Assembly: GCF_030144855.1 (NCBI RefSeq)
Contig: NC_082723.1
Coordinates: 38,874,001-38,938,000 of the forward strand
Reading direction: 5' to 3'
DNA length: 64,000 bases
Source of the DNA: Hypanus sabinus
Lineage: Eukaryota
Shown piece by piece: positions 29,801 to 40,935 of the stretch. Positions within the stretch are counted from its first letter, which is position 1; each line of letters starts with the position of its first letter. Under the pieces are notes generated by a model that worked only from the letters and a program-made list of their open reading frames with translations, was not told the origin of the DNA and ran no database searches. The translations under genes and the position numbers were made by a program.

Positions 29801-32800
29801 AGGTCTTTAATACTATTACATCTCTAGTACATAGGACAGGGGTCGGCAACCTGCGGCTCCCGAGCCATTTGTGGCTCTTTCACCTCTGTGCTGCGGCTCC
29901 CTGTGGCTTTGGGAAATAATTGGTCAGTATTTAATTAAAATGTATTTTATGTTAGTTTGTTAGCTTTTGAAATGTAATTCTAAATTTGAAGATTATGGTG
30001 ATCTTGTACGATCTAAGTGTGGCGACACATTTCCTCACAATTAGCCAGCATTCCGGCTAAGGGAGATAGCCTACGCGGGTTTGTGAGTACGCGTCTTTTG
30101 CAGCATCTGCGTCCATTGGGGCTGGGTTGAGGGAGGCTTAAAAGCAAGGCTGTTTAGTTCGAATAAAGTTACCTTTGACTGCAGTCTTTATTTTAGCGCT
30201 GCGTGTAGCGCTACACCGCTACAACGTGTTTTTTATCGCTATTAATATACATCACCACTGCCAATGCCTGACACCCGCCAGTGCGCGCTTTCTTTTAATT
30301 CTTCGATCCAAGGTAGGCTACCTATGTAGTAACCTTCAACCCAACGTCTTTTTTTCGGAGTTCAAAATGTTTTTGTTGCATGCAGAAATGTAATTTCGTT
30401 TTCTCTGCAGGAGTTCATCAATTTCAAAAATGCAACACATTATAGTTTGTTTATACATAGCATAAAGGCAAAAAAAACCCGTTGTACGCAGTGTTATTTC
30501 ATTTTGTGGCTCCCAGTGTTTTCTTTTCTGTGGGAAATGGGTCCATATTGGCTCTTTTAGTGGTAAACGTTGCCGACCCCTGACATAGCCCATGTACTGA
30601 AAAAGCTGCAGGAGCAGCAGATGACAGATCATCTTGTTAACAGTACCTCGCTTCACATACAAAAATGAGTGAGATACTGGAGATTGCTGATTGCTCTGAA
30701 TTGTGTAGCACATTCAGTTAGTGCCTTTGGAATGCTCACCCTAATAAGAGACGGTGCCTGCTGCCTACCCCAAGTTGGTGGAAGGTTCACAATTCATCCT
30801 ACCTTCCTGTAGTTTTTTGGTCAGCTCGTCATAATGGAGAATAGAGCGGAGATTATCCTTAGTGCTGCTGTGCAGAAGCTCATCGATCACTGCTCGCTTT
30901 ACATCTAGCCGAAAGTTAAAGTCACCAAACCAGAAAACATTGTCAAATCGGGTGGTCACATCATCTGGAACACGTGAAAAATTAAAAAGAAATAAGAAAA
31001 ATCTACTTTTGGTTTGATCAAGTTACAAACCATCAGACACTGTCAGCCTGGTTCAGAGGCAATACGCGTAATAAACCCCAGACATTTAAGCCCCATTCCA
31101 ATCTCTGTCTACATTGTTACTGACAAGGCCCTGTATTTACTTGTCAGGTAAAGTATTAAAACAGCAACATCATCTGCTCTTGGATGGATGCAAAAGATCA
31201 GAGTATTATGCAAAATGGAGGGACGACTTCTGTTGCCCCCAATACCAGAAATCATTTTGCTCATTTGTTTTTTTTTATCTTTCTCTACACAATTCTAACA
31301 ACTAATGCATTACCGTATGATGATAGGAAAAAGGTACAAGGATGCTAGCTTTCTCAGGGCCACCGCTGTTACCTGTTCCCTAATATTTCAGTTGTTTGGA
31401 AAAGGGCACAAGAAATGTGTTGGTGTGGCCCTGGTTTTTTTCACTTTGTTTATGAGACTCTAGATTGGCAGAATGTTCTGGAAAAGTAATCTGATGAGAG
31501 GCAGAACAGTGAGCTGAGATGAGTGTTTGCATACATCCACTGATGTTCCAACAGGATTCGCTAATCTAATTAGTCCAGCTGACTTTATACTCCATTCTGC
31601 AAATAGTTTTTTCTTTAAAATGCCAATACTCACTTGGCTCAGACCTGTAGCTGTTAGTGTCGGGGATGATCCTTGGCAGTGCAAGAGCTTCTATTGTTTT
31701 ATTATAGTCCTGCATCCTCTCAATAACCTTCCCTGGCCCGGCTGTGAGAGAGGGAGAGATTAAAACTGAGTCTGATGTGCTCAGTACTTCACTTAGCCAC
31801 ACTTTCAACTAATTTAGTTAAATTCAAAGGTTTGCACTACTGGTACACCTAAAAATGAGGTATATCCCAGCAGAAACAGCATTCATAAAGAATGCAAATT
31901 ATCTCATAACCAACACAACAGATTGCATTCGTACCACAAAACTATGAAAGGTTGCAGCCAATTATATAGCTATAAAGGTGATTCCAAGAGCATCGTCACA
32001 TGAATGCTAAATACCAGGCTGAAGCATCAGAAATGCTAAATGGTTGAACCAACTCAGTTTCCTCATGGCAGGAACCAATTCAATTCAGCACACCCTAGGG
32101 CAACAACACAGCAACATCAGCAAAGTAACACAAGGAATCATCACCAATGCAATCAAGTGACACTAATACATAACCCACTCAGTAGTGCCCTGTTTGGATT
32201 TCACAAGGAACACGAGATTTCAGATCGAATCACAGCTTTGGTCCAAGCATGGAACAAAAAGATGAATTTCAGAAGTAAGGTGAAACTTCTGCACTGGACA
32301 AGACAAAATTTGATTGTATTGTTTCAAAAGGCCTGACAATAAATAAACACAATGATACCAAAGAGGGGAAAAAAACATTCCAATGGTTGGAATTGTCTCT
32401 TCAAATATGCAAAATAGCTCTGGTTGGAATCCATCTCAGCCTGCAGAATATCACTTCCCAACTGGAAGATCACAATCTGTGCAGATTGGTGATAACACCT
32501 CCTCCTTGCTGAAGATCAACACTAATGCACCTCAGGGGTGTGTGCTAAGCCCACTGCTCTACTCTCTATATACTCATGACTGTGTGACTAGGCATAGCTC
32601 AAATACCATCTATAAATTTGCTGATGATACAACCATTGTTGGTAGAAACTCAGATGGGGACAAGAGGGCATACAGCAGTGAGATATGCCAACTAGTGGAG
32701 TGGTGCCGCAGCAACAACCTGGCACTCAATGTCAGTAAGACGAAAGAGCTGATTGTGGAATTCTGGAAGGGTAGGATGAAGGAACACATACCAATCCTTA

Positions 32801-35800
32801 TAGAGGGATCAGAAGTGGAGAGAGTGAGCAGTTTCAAGATCTCTGAGGATCTAATCAGGTCCCAACATATCAATGCAGTTATAAAGGAGGCAAAACAGCG
32901 GCTATACTTTATTAGAAGTTTGAAGAGATTTGGTATGTCAACAAATACACTCAAAAACTTCTATAGATGTACTGTGGAGAGCATTCTGACAGGCTGCATC
33001 ACTGTCTGGTGTGGGGCCTACTTCACTGGACTGAAAGAAGCTTCAGAGGGTTGTAAATTTAGTCGGCTCAATCTTGGGTACCAGCCTACAAAGGACCCAG
33101 GACACCTTCAAGGAGCGGTGTCTCAAAGAGGCAACATCCATTATGAAGGACCTCCAGCACCCAGGGTATGCCCTTTTCTCACTGTTACTATCAAGTAGGA
33201 GGTACAGAAACCTGAAGGAACACACTCAGCGATTCAGGAACAGCTTCTTCCCCTCTACCATCTGATTCCTAAATGGACATTGAACCCTTAGGTACTGCCT
33301 CACTTTTTTAATATATAATATCTCTTTTTTGCATGATTTTTAATCTATTCAATATACATATACTGTATAAAGTATACTGAACAAGAATAAATAAGTAAAT
33401 ATTAATATTTTATTTTTTCTTCTTGTATTATGTATTGCATTGAACTGCTGCTGCTAAGTTAACAAATTTCACATCGCATGCCGGTAATAATAAACCTGAA
33501 TCTAAATAAATATCACTGCAGAGGTTCCCCAGGGTTAGTGCCCTAGGCCTAGTTATCTTCACCTGCTCTGTCAATGACTTTCCTTTCATCACTTGGTCAG
33601 AATGGGCCCATTTGCAGATGAACACAAAACATTCAACTTTATTTGCAATTCAGCAAGAACTAGACAACATTCAGGCATGGGCTGGAAGTGCAAGTAACAA
33701 CTGCACCACAAAAATGCCGGGCAAACACTATCAAAAGAGAGTCCAGCTGTTGAGTCCCCACTATCAATATCATTGGAGGTCATTATGAACACTAAACTTA
33801 ACTGGACTAGCCATATTAATACTGCGAGTACGTAAGCGGGATCCCTACAGTTAGAGACTCTCCTGACACCCCAAAGCCTTTTCACTATATATAAGACATA
33901 TATCAAGAGAGAAACAGAACAACAACACAAGAAACTGGAGGCAAGCCACAGGAAAGTAGCCTGGACGATTGGTTTCCCATTCTACAAAATGTACTGCAGT
34001 TATTCACATGGTTCACTCTGTAAGCACCTTTCAAACCAACAATCTCTATAATCAAGGAGAAGGTTCCTGGGAACATCACCTTGAGCAGCAAGTCCCCCTT
34101 GAAATCACACAGCATCCTGACTTAGAAACACATTGCTGTTCATTCATTCTTAATTGGCTTGAATCTTCAAGCTCAATACCCAGCAGTACTATTTGAATAT
34201 TTTCACTGGAAGGTCTGAAGTGATCAAGGTAGTGATTTCCCACCACTTTCTCGTGAACCAAGGGGATGAGCGCATCTTATAAAATAAGTAAAAGTCTGAT
34301 TGAGGATTTAGAAATGCAAGGTTATACCTTCAACTCAATACCTGTCTTACTCTGGTCTATTAAAAATAATGACCTGCTTTCAAGGTACAACCCCTGAGCA
34401 ATGTCTTCTAATAGGCCCTTTCCAATAATATACTGCAGGACCCAGCCCATGATCTGGGATTTTTTTTTCCTATATTACAACAGATGCTGAGAAACTTACA
34501 GGTAAAATGAGAAGAAATGAACAGGAAGGATGTCCCAAAAAAAGTGAATGAGATTCCCACAGCTCCTTTCGTCTTGACCTGGGAGATTATCCGAGTTGTC
34601 ACAGCTGCTTGCTCTACCTCTGAGGAACAGACAAAAAGACACAATGTAAAACTACAAAGTGAATGATCTGACAGTATTTGACCATGCACAGAACCATATC
34701 CATTCTTAAATACTGGACTGCACAGTGGAGTCAGTGACATATCTACAGAACTCACAGCCAGTCACCCAAGAATCTACATTGTATGTAACCTGAACTTTAC
34801 CTCTCAGAAATCTCTGATGAGCTCTAAACTGTGTGAAAAGTGGGTAGAATATGGGCAATCAAACTTTTGGGTCAGGAGGTCTGTTTTTAGATCAAAATGA
34901 AAACATGCAACAATATTTGCTGGACTTTCTGAAATCCCAACCCATTCATGCATAAATGCACACATGCAGTAGTGTCAAACTACGACGTTTGTGTGGCATC
35001 ATGCGCAATATTCTATTGCACATACAGTACAAGGCCTATAACATTACTGAAGCAAGTCTCAGCCGGAGGGTAAAAGCCTGCTTCAGTTTATTCAGATGCA
35101 GAATAGAATCCAGAGTTTCATTAGCTCCCCCAGCCCACTACCAGAAAAGGCTTCAATTATTGGTCTCAGGTTGTGCAGGAAAATCACAGTGCCATCTAAG
35201 CTGGAGGTAATCTAGTCTACAGAAAGTCATCAAGTCTAATCTAGAGAAACTTCATGGGCCACTGTTATCCTTCCTGTTATTACTGATTATCCATGGTATT
35301 TTGCTTTAAAATGTTGTTTGGTACTGAGCAGGGAATGGCACTGAAATTCTCAGCACTTACCTGAACAGAACCAGATGAGGTCTCTCCTGATAAACATGGA
35401 AAGCTGCAACATTCCATGTACTGCTGAATATAGCAATACAAAGTAAGGCCCCAGCACCTCCTGCAGGCGAATATCCCACTCTCTCCTTTGCAAAGGAAAA
35501 AAAATGAAATTATATAATTCAATGCATGAATTATGGAAAGTGGCTGTTAAGACATAAAGAAATGCAGAAATCTAGCAATGAACACCATTTCTGGCTAAAC
35601 TGGGTATCCATTCCAGAGACCATTTCAGATGCAGAATGGAATCCAGAAACCCCAAGCCCACTATCAGAAGATGCTTGAGTTGTTGGTCTCAGCAAGAGTA
35701 CAGGGAGATCACAGTTAGCTCCAGTGCCATGTAAGCTGGAGTTAGTCTAGAGAAAGGCAGCACCTTGGATTAATGCTTTAACAGATATGGGGGATTGCTG

Positions 35801-38800
35801 GCCAGTGGTGTAGTAGCATCCACAATGGACTTTGAGGCGGGTGGTCCCAGGTTTGAACGGGGTCCTTGCATGCTTTCCATCCATGCTGGGCTAATGGGCA
35901 ACCTAGCAACTCAGCCTCGTAAAAAAACAAGACAAATACTCAAGAAATGGGAAGGTTGCCTCCCAACTCTCCGCAAGGAAAGGATTAAACAAAACCAGAT
36001 ATGGGGGATAGATGATGAGAGGCTTTTTGGGGGGAAAGTGGGTGGGGGGTTGTGGAGGCAAGTGGAGGATGAAAAAGGAATTGATTAAGTTGCAAGATAC
36101 TGAAAAAGGCTCAAGATGCTTTATTGTTATTACTTGTCTGGGATTCCTTCCTGAGTACCGATGACATACATGTCATGGATGTAGTGACAGTCGTAGGGCA
36201 ACAGCAGATCTTCCAGCGTATCTGGGAGCTCCTGGAAAAGAGTGAAAACAACACTAGTTAGACCAGATAAAAAACACAAAACGCTGGCAGAACTCAGCAG
36301 GCCAGACAGCATCTATGGGAGGAGGTAATAACGACGTTTCAGGCCGAAACCCTTCATCAGGAGACATAGATGCTGTCTGGCCTGTTGAGTTCTGCCAGCA
36401 CTTTGTGTTTTTTATTTATTTCCAGCATTTGCAGATTCACTCGTATTACTAGTTAGACCAGGTTTGCTTCCACTGTTGCAGGAATACAAAGAAGCCTTCA
36501 ACAATACAATACAATGTTTTTCATAGGATATCCAGAGTTCTTTACAGGGAGTTCAATCTTTTCTTTATAAATGCTCAGATGCATATGCTTTCCAACAGGA
36601 ATGTGGAGGTGGCAAAAGAAATTGATATGGTGCCACTTTATTGCAATATCTTTAGTTATTTTACTTATCTCTGCTTCTGTAATGTCACAGGCAGCTTTAA
36701 TCAATACCAGGAATATCTAGGCCCTTACTGCTTGGCAGCTGAGTGATTTGCTCAGGTGACCGGGAGATCTCACTGGGTTTCCCAAACCTCCACAAGAAAG
36801 TAGCCAGGTGAGCAAGTATACTAACTGTCTTAATGTTGTTCTATACTCAGGTTGGGAGTTCCTCACTCTGTCTTTGCTCTGTTTCTTATGATTCAGTTGC
36901 TCACCTTCCGGCCTTGCATGTTCCACGTGGCAACAAATACTCGTATCCTTCTATCAGGAAAATAGCGATCCAATTCACCAGCCCCCAAAAGTCCTCCGTT
37001 GGTCAGGAGACTACCATCCAGGTAACTTCTGTAGGGACAGATAGAGGCATATATTAATGTGCAGATGTGGTAAAGTAGGCACTATAAATTCTCAACATTA
37101 TTTGACTTTTTCAGCTTCTAGTAGTCTTTCCTGCACACCATTTGCCCTCTCACCATCACTTTGATCTGATTTCAGGATCCCTGAACAATGCAATATCTCA
37201 CCACAGCCAAGTCCTTTTCTTCTACAAGGCCTAACTACAAACCCATCTTATCTTTTCCCCAGCTCCTTTCAAGCTGTGTGTCCTCCTCGACTATGGGCAT
37301 CTTTGCTTTCTTAATCGGACCACAAGAAGTAGGAAAAGGATCAGGGAATAGATTATCATCCTAAACAATGATAAGTTCTATGTTCTGGATCAAAAGAACC
37401 CCCTTGGTTTGTGCCAATGTGAATCTTCTCCTGGAAAACTATGTATTATTTTGATCAAGACAGAAGTGCAGGGTTTCTCTGGTTTAGATGAGGAGAGTGG
37501 GGTGGTGGGGGTTGAGTTGGTGGGAGGTGCCCCAGTGAATGGAGGTGCTGTGCTGAGGTGGCGAAGGAGTCCTTCAGAACAATGGTGGAAAGGACCCAGC
37601 CTCCAAGGGCAGAGCAGCAGTAAAATGACAAGCAACAAGAAAAATGAAAGATCAGAAGTGAAATGCAGAAGTAAACCAAGAAATACAAATATCAATTTGA
37701 TGTTGCTCCTTTCTGCGCCTTGTGGCACATTGGGTGGCAGCCTTGCCGTTTCTTTAGCATTTTGATCTGTTTTTTTACAAGGCCGAATTGCTCAACCCAG
37801 CACGAATGGAAAGCATGCAAGAAGCTGGTCAGATTTGAACTCAGGACCACTCACCTCAAAGTCCGGTGTGGACGGCACTCCACCACCAACGGGCTTAATA
37901 CCAATCTATAGACAGCAAGTTCACACAATGATCATATGTTGTGTTTTGCTGGGGAATAAACACTGAACACAACATTGGGGAGTACTTCTGTTATCCTGAA
38001 AGCTAATTATTCAAAATCTTTGATGTCTATCTCACAGAGTGGACCAGGCACTATTTTAGCAACTTATTCAAACACAACGGCCCTCTCTGCAGGAGTGTAT
38101 AATCCTAGGTTTTGTTCTCAAGTCACTACAGATGATTTGAGCCTCTGAGGTAGGAATGCAACCAGTTAAGACAAAATTGAAACATCAAATCCTACACTGT
38201 TCCCAGGTAAGAGGATTTAACACATAATTCTCAAACTTTTCCACCCCAGTATAGGATACACATTACCTGTTCCGAACATCTTCTAAATGGACAGGAAACA
38301 AGATACTGCTTGAAGAAGACATGGAGAAAAACGACTGACTGTCCTCAGTACCTTGGGATGGGGAATAAAAATGGTTGTGCTGATTTGACAGCTCCTTCCC
38401 AGTCAGATGAATGTAATCTGCATAATCCAGGTCAATCCTATTACTGGTCCTTAGTGCTGGAGAATCTATATTAACAGTAATGGGAGGGAGAGGCTTGGTA
38501 TGCACCACTGGAGGTAGTGTCCCTCTGGCTGATGATACTGTTTTATCACTGAAAGGTTGTTTGGGCTCAGGATCCAAGGGGTTGGGGCTGTTTCTGTTCT
38601 TTATCAAGCTGCTGGTCAACTGCCTGATGTCACAGTCTTGCATGCTGCAGCTGCTACTGCTGCTGCTGCTGTTGCTGCTTCTAGACAACTTCTGGTAAGT
38701 CACTGTAGAGCTCCGCTGGAGACGTGGTACGGGAGAGTATGAGAAATCCCCGTGGAGAGATTTATATGAAGAGTCAGTGTCGATTGGTTCAGATGAGCTC

Positions 38801-39081
38801 CCCTCACTGCCTCTGATCTTTGTCTCCCTCTGGATCCGCATGCTTTCCAGTGAGTGCAGACGTTGTAACCTACTCTGCTGAGGAGGCTTTGGTTTCATCG
38901 GGGGTCTTGGGATGAATGGTGTCTCCTCTGCTCGAAACCCATGCCCCAGCTCTTCAGGGGGTTGCTTCAGAGTGTCGTTATGGAATGGTGTGGACTCTTC
39001 GTCATCCAGCCATATCCTGGTGTTCTCATTGGTGATCAGGTTTGCTGTATCGTGCACTGGCAGTTCAGCCTGATCACCCAT
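26687..39081 (-). CDS. INPP5E: INPP5E, phosphatidylinositol polyphosphate 5-phosphatase type IV, complete; 10 coding exons, 1935 nt, 644 aa
   Basis: Pro/Ser-rich N-terminus; 5-phosphatase motifs [28 protein letters not shown]; C-terminal CaaX CSVS*. All junctions are GT-AG and in frame. Confidence 0.97.
27108..27244 (-). CDS. INPP5E: INPP5E coding exon 9
   Basis: [45 protein letters not shown]; 137 nt. Confidence 0.95.
27776..29493. mobile_element. pogo/Tigger-like DNA transposon remnant carrying nested SINE, pLTR and LINE-tail insertions
   Basis: TA|CAGTGGACTCTGGTTAA ... TTAACTGGAACCTACTG|TA inverted termini with TA duplication. Confidence 0.65.
29648..29763 (-). CDS. INPP5E: INPP5E coding exon 8
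   Basis: [38 protein letters not shown]; 116 nt. Confidence 0.95.
29837..30582. mobile_element. Non-autonomous hAT (Charlie-type) transposon, 746 bp
   Basis: Perfect 14-bp TIRs CAGGGGTCGGCAAC / GTTGCCGACCCCTG; 8-bp flanks ACATAGGA / ACATAGCC; repeated subterminal GCGGCTC/GTGGCTC motifs. Confidence 0.88.
30803..30964 (-). CDS. INPP5E: INPP5E coding exon 7
   Basis: [20 protein letters not shown]...LQE; 162 nt. Confidence 0.95.
31634..31741 (-). CDS. INPP5E: INPP5E coding exon 6
   Basis: [35 protein letters not shown]; 108 nt. Confidence 0.95.
32460..33500 (+). mobile_element. Rex1/Babar-like LINE, RT 3' fragment
   Basis: ORF 32383..33198: [63 protein letters not shown]; aataaacctga tail. 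Confidence 0.9.
34500..34619 (-). CDS. INPP5E: INPP5E coding exon 5
   Basis: [39 protein letters not shown]; 120 nt. Confidence 0.95.
35361..35485 (-). CDS. INPP5E: INPP5E coding exon 4
   Basis: [41 protein letters not shown]; 125 nt; AAG acceptor. Confidence 0.95.
36134..36231 (-). CDS. INPP5E: INPP5E coding exon 3
   Basis: [33 protein letters not shown]; 98 nt. Confidence 0.95.
36267..36447. mobile_element. Fold-back Penelope pseudo-LTR insertion with 14-bp target-site duplication and hammerhead core
   Basis: 51-bp inverted arms 36267-36317 / 36365-36415; ACTAGTTAGACCAG at 36253-36266 and 36448-36461. Confidence 0.85.
36905..37028 (-). CDS. INPP5E: INPP5E coding exon 2
   Basis: [41 protein letters not shown]; 124 nt. 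Confidence 0.95.
38267..39081 (-). CDS. INPP5E: INPP5E coding exon 1
   Basis: ORF 38263..39081, MGDQAELP...EDVRNR; donor AG|gtaatg; 815 nt. Upstream acceptor candidate ttacag|G at 39211. Confidence 0.9.
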
Positions 39082-40349
39082 TCTCAGTTAACACTTGGAC
39101 TATGCAATAAGCAAAATGTATGCATCTGGGAACTAATGACTTTCCCAGGTTGGGAAAACACCCAAAGGTGCCTTGTTCCCAGAATCAATCATCCACCTAG
39201 GGTGCTGTATCCTGTAATTCATGTGGAGGAGGAAGGAGGAAGCAGCACTACAAACAGGCATAATGGAGTCCAGACTGATCTCTCAAAGCTCCAGGAACGC
39301 TGCACGACAGCACCTAAAGTTAAGCAAACAGAGCTGTCAGTGGTGACATTTAGAATGCATGGTATGACGTTTATGTGATGCCTTAAAGAAAACATCTTCC
39401 AGCTCAGAAGCAAGATAGGACTGAACCACGACTTCTAGTTTGGTGACTAACAAGCAAACGATTTCCAGGACATTTAAGAGGGAGCAGAGAGGAGATGTTA
39501 TTTATGATCATTATTTATTTATTATCTGCATTTGCACAGTTTGTTTATAGTTCCTGTTCTATATATTTGTGAAGTATGCCTGCAGAAGAAGAATCTCAGA
39601 GGTGTATATTGTAACATGCATGTACTCTGATAATAAACTTTACTTTGAACTTTGATACGTTCTTGTGAAATGATAAATCAAAGATCAGCATTAAATTAAC
39701 AGTGCATATTTCCTTGAGAGAAATTTGGAAAATTGATAAAGATCAGGAACTGGCATTAGCAAAAATGGACAAAGGATCCAGTGAGCAGATTCGATTACAC
39801 TTCTAAAGCTATGTCTTGCAGGCTTGGTGGGTGAAGTTCAGTGCCACTTCTGGTGGCCATCCGCTGGGAGACAACAGTGTAGCTCAGGGCTGCTTACCAC
39901 CCCACATCACATTTCCTTGTCCTTCTCACCCCCATCATATCCCAATAAATGATTTCATTTGGGAGGCTTATCCTCTTGTTGAACAGTGATGCCACTTCCA
40001 GTTTCCAGACTCACCTTTTTGTCCTCTGTCCAGCATCACTCTAAGAGAAATGGAGGCAATCACGGGGAGATGCCCCTCCAGATGAGTTGTTATGTGTGGT
40101 CATGAAAATCACCAGAGTGCTGGGTTTCAGGATCTGTCGAGAAAAAGAAAAGACTAGAAAGGATGCAGAGGAAATTCGTAAGGGTTGAGGGACTGTAGTT
40201 ATTAAAATAAGCTGTAATTGTACTCCTTGGAGCAAAGAAGGAAAATGACTTGAAAGAGAAGTGATCAAGATCATTAAGGGTAAGTAAGGAGAAAGAATAT
40301 TCACTGAGAGTGGGGTTTTAAGTCAGAAAGGAGTTGAGAAAACTTGTGT

Positions 40350-40935
40350 AACACATACAAAATGCTGGAGAAACTCAGGTCAGGCAGCATCTATGGAGGT
40401 GAATAAACAGTTGACATTTCAGGCCAAGACCCTTCATCAGGACTGGAAAGAAAGGAGGAAGAAGCCAGACAAGGTGGGGGGAGAAGAAGTACATGCTAGA
40501 AGGAGATAGGCGAAGCCAGCGGAGTGACCGAGCGGGATGAAGTAAGAAGCTGACAAGTAATGGGTGGTAATGGGCTGAAGAAGGAATCTGATAGGAGAGG
40601 GGAGGAGAGTGGACTATTGAGGAAAGGAAAGAGAAGGGGCACAGAAGGGGGGTGATAGGTAAGTGAGGAAAATAGAAGAGGCCAGAGTGGGGAATTGAAG
40701 AAGAGGGATGGGGAGAATTACCACAAGATAGAGAAATCAACATTCATGCCTTCAGTTTGGAGGCCACTCAGACAGAATAGGTAGTGTTACCTGAGAGTGG
40801 CCTCGTCGCTGCAGTAGAGGAGGCCATGAACTGACCTGTTGGAATGGGAATGGGGATTGGAATTAAAATGGTTGGACCTTCACTCCATCTGCAACAAAAC
40901 AGGATTTTCAACAAAGTGGTCCCCCAATCTACACT
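40350..40935 (-). mobile_element. Penelope-like retroelement (family B): GIY-YIG C-terminus plus pseudo-LTR
   Basis: Minus strand HFNS...SVHGLLYC..EATLR...LQTEGMNVDFS, a pyrimidine-rich tract, then the hammerhead motif at 40408-40445. Confidence 0.8.

Noticed and set aside
32383-33198. 271-aa ORF as a nested host gene or intact reverse transcriptase
   Set aside because: It is a 5'-truncated Rex1/Babar RT with an internal deletion and a frameshift.
39125-39183. Plus-strand reading of the 5' UTR junction as a hammerhead (stem-CTAATGA-hairpin-GAAA-hairpin-stem)
   Set aside because: The topology is similar, but G5 is A, the cleavage-site base would be G, stem II is out of register and the strand is antisense to INPP5E; it is not a credible active ribozyme.
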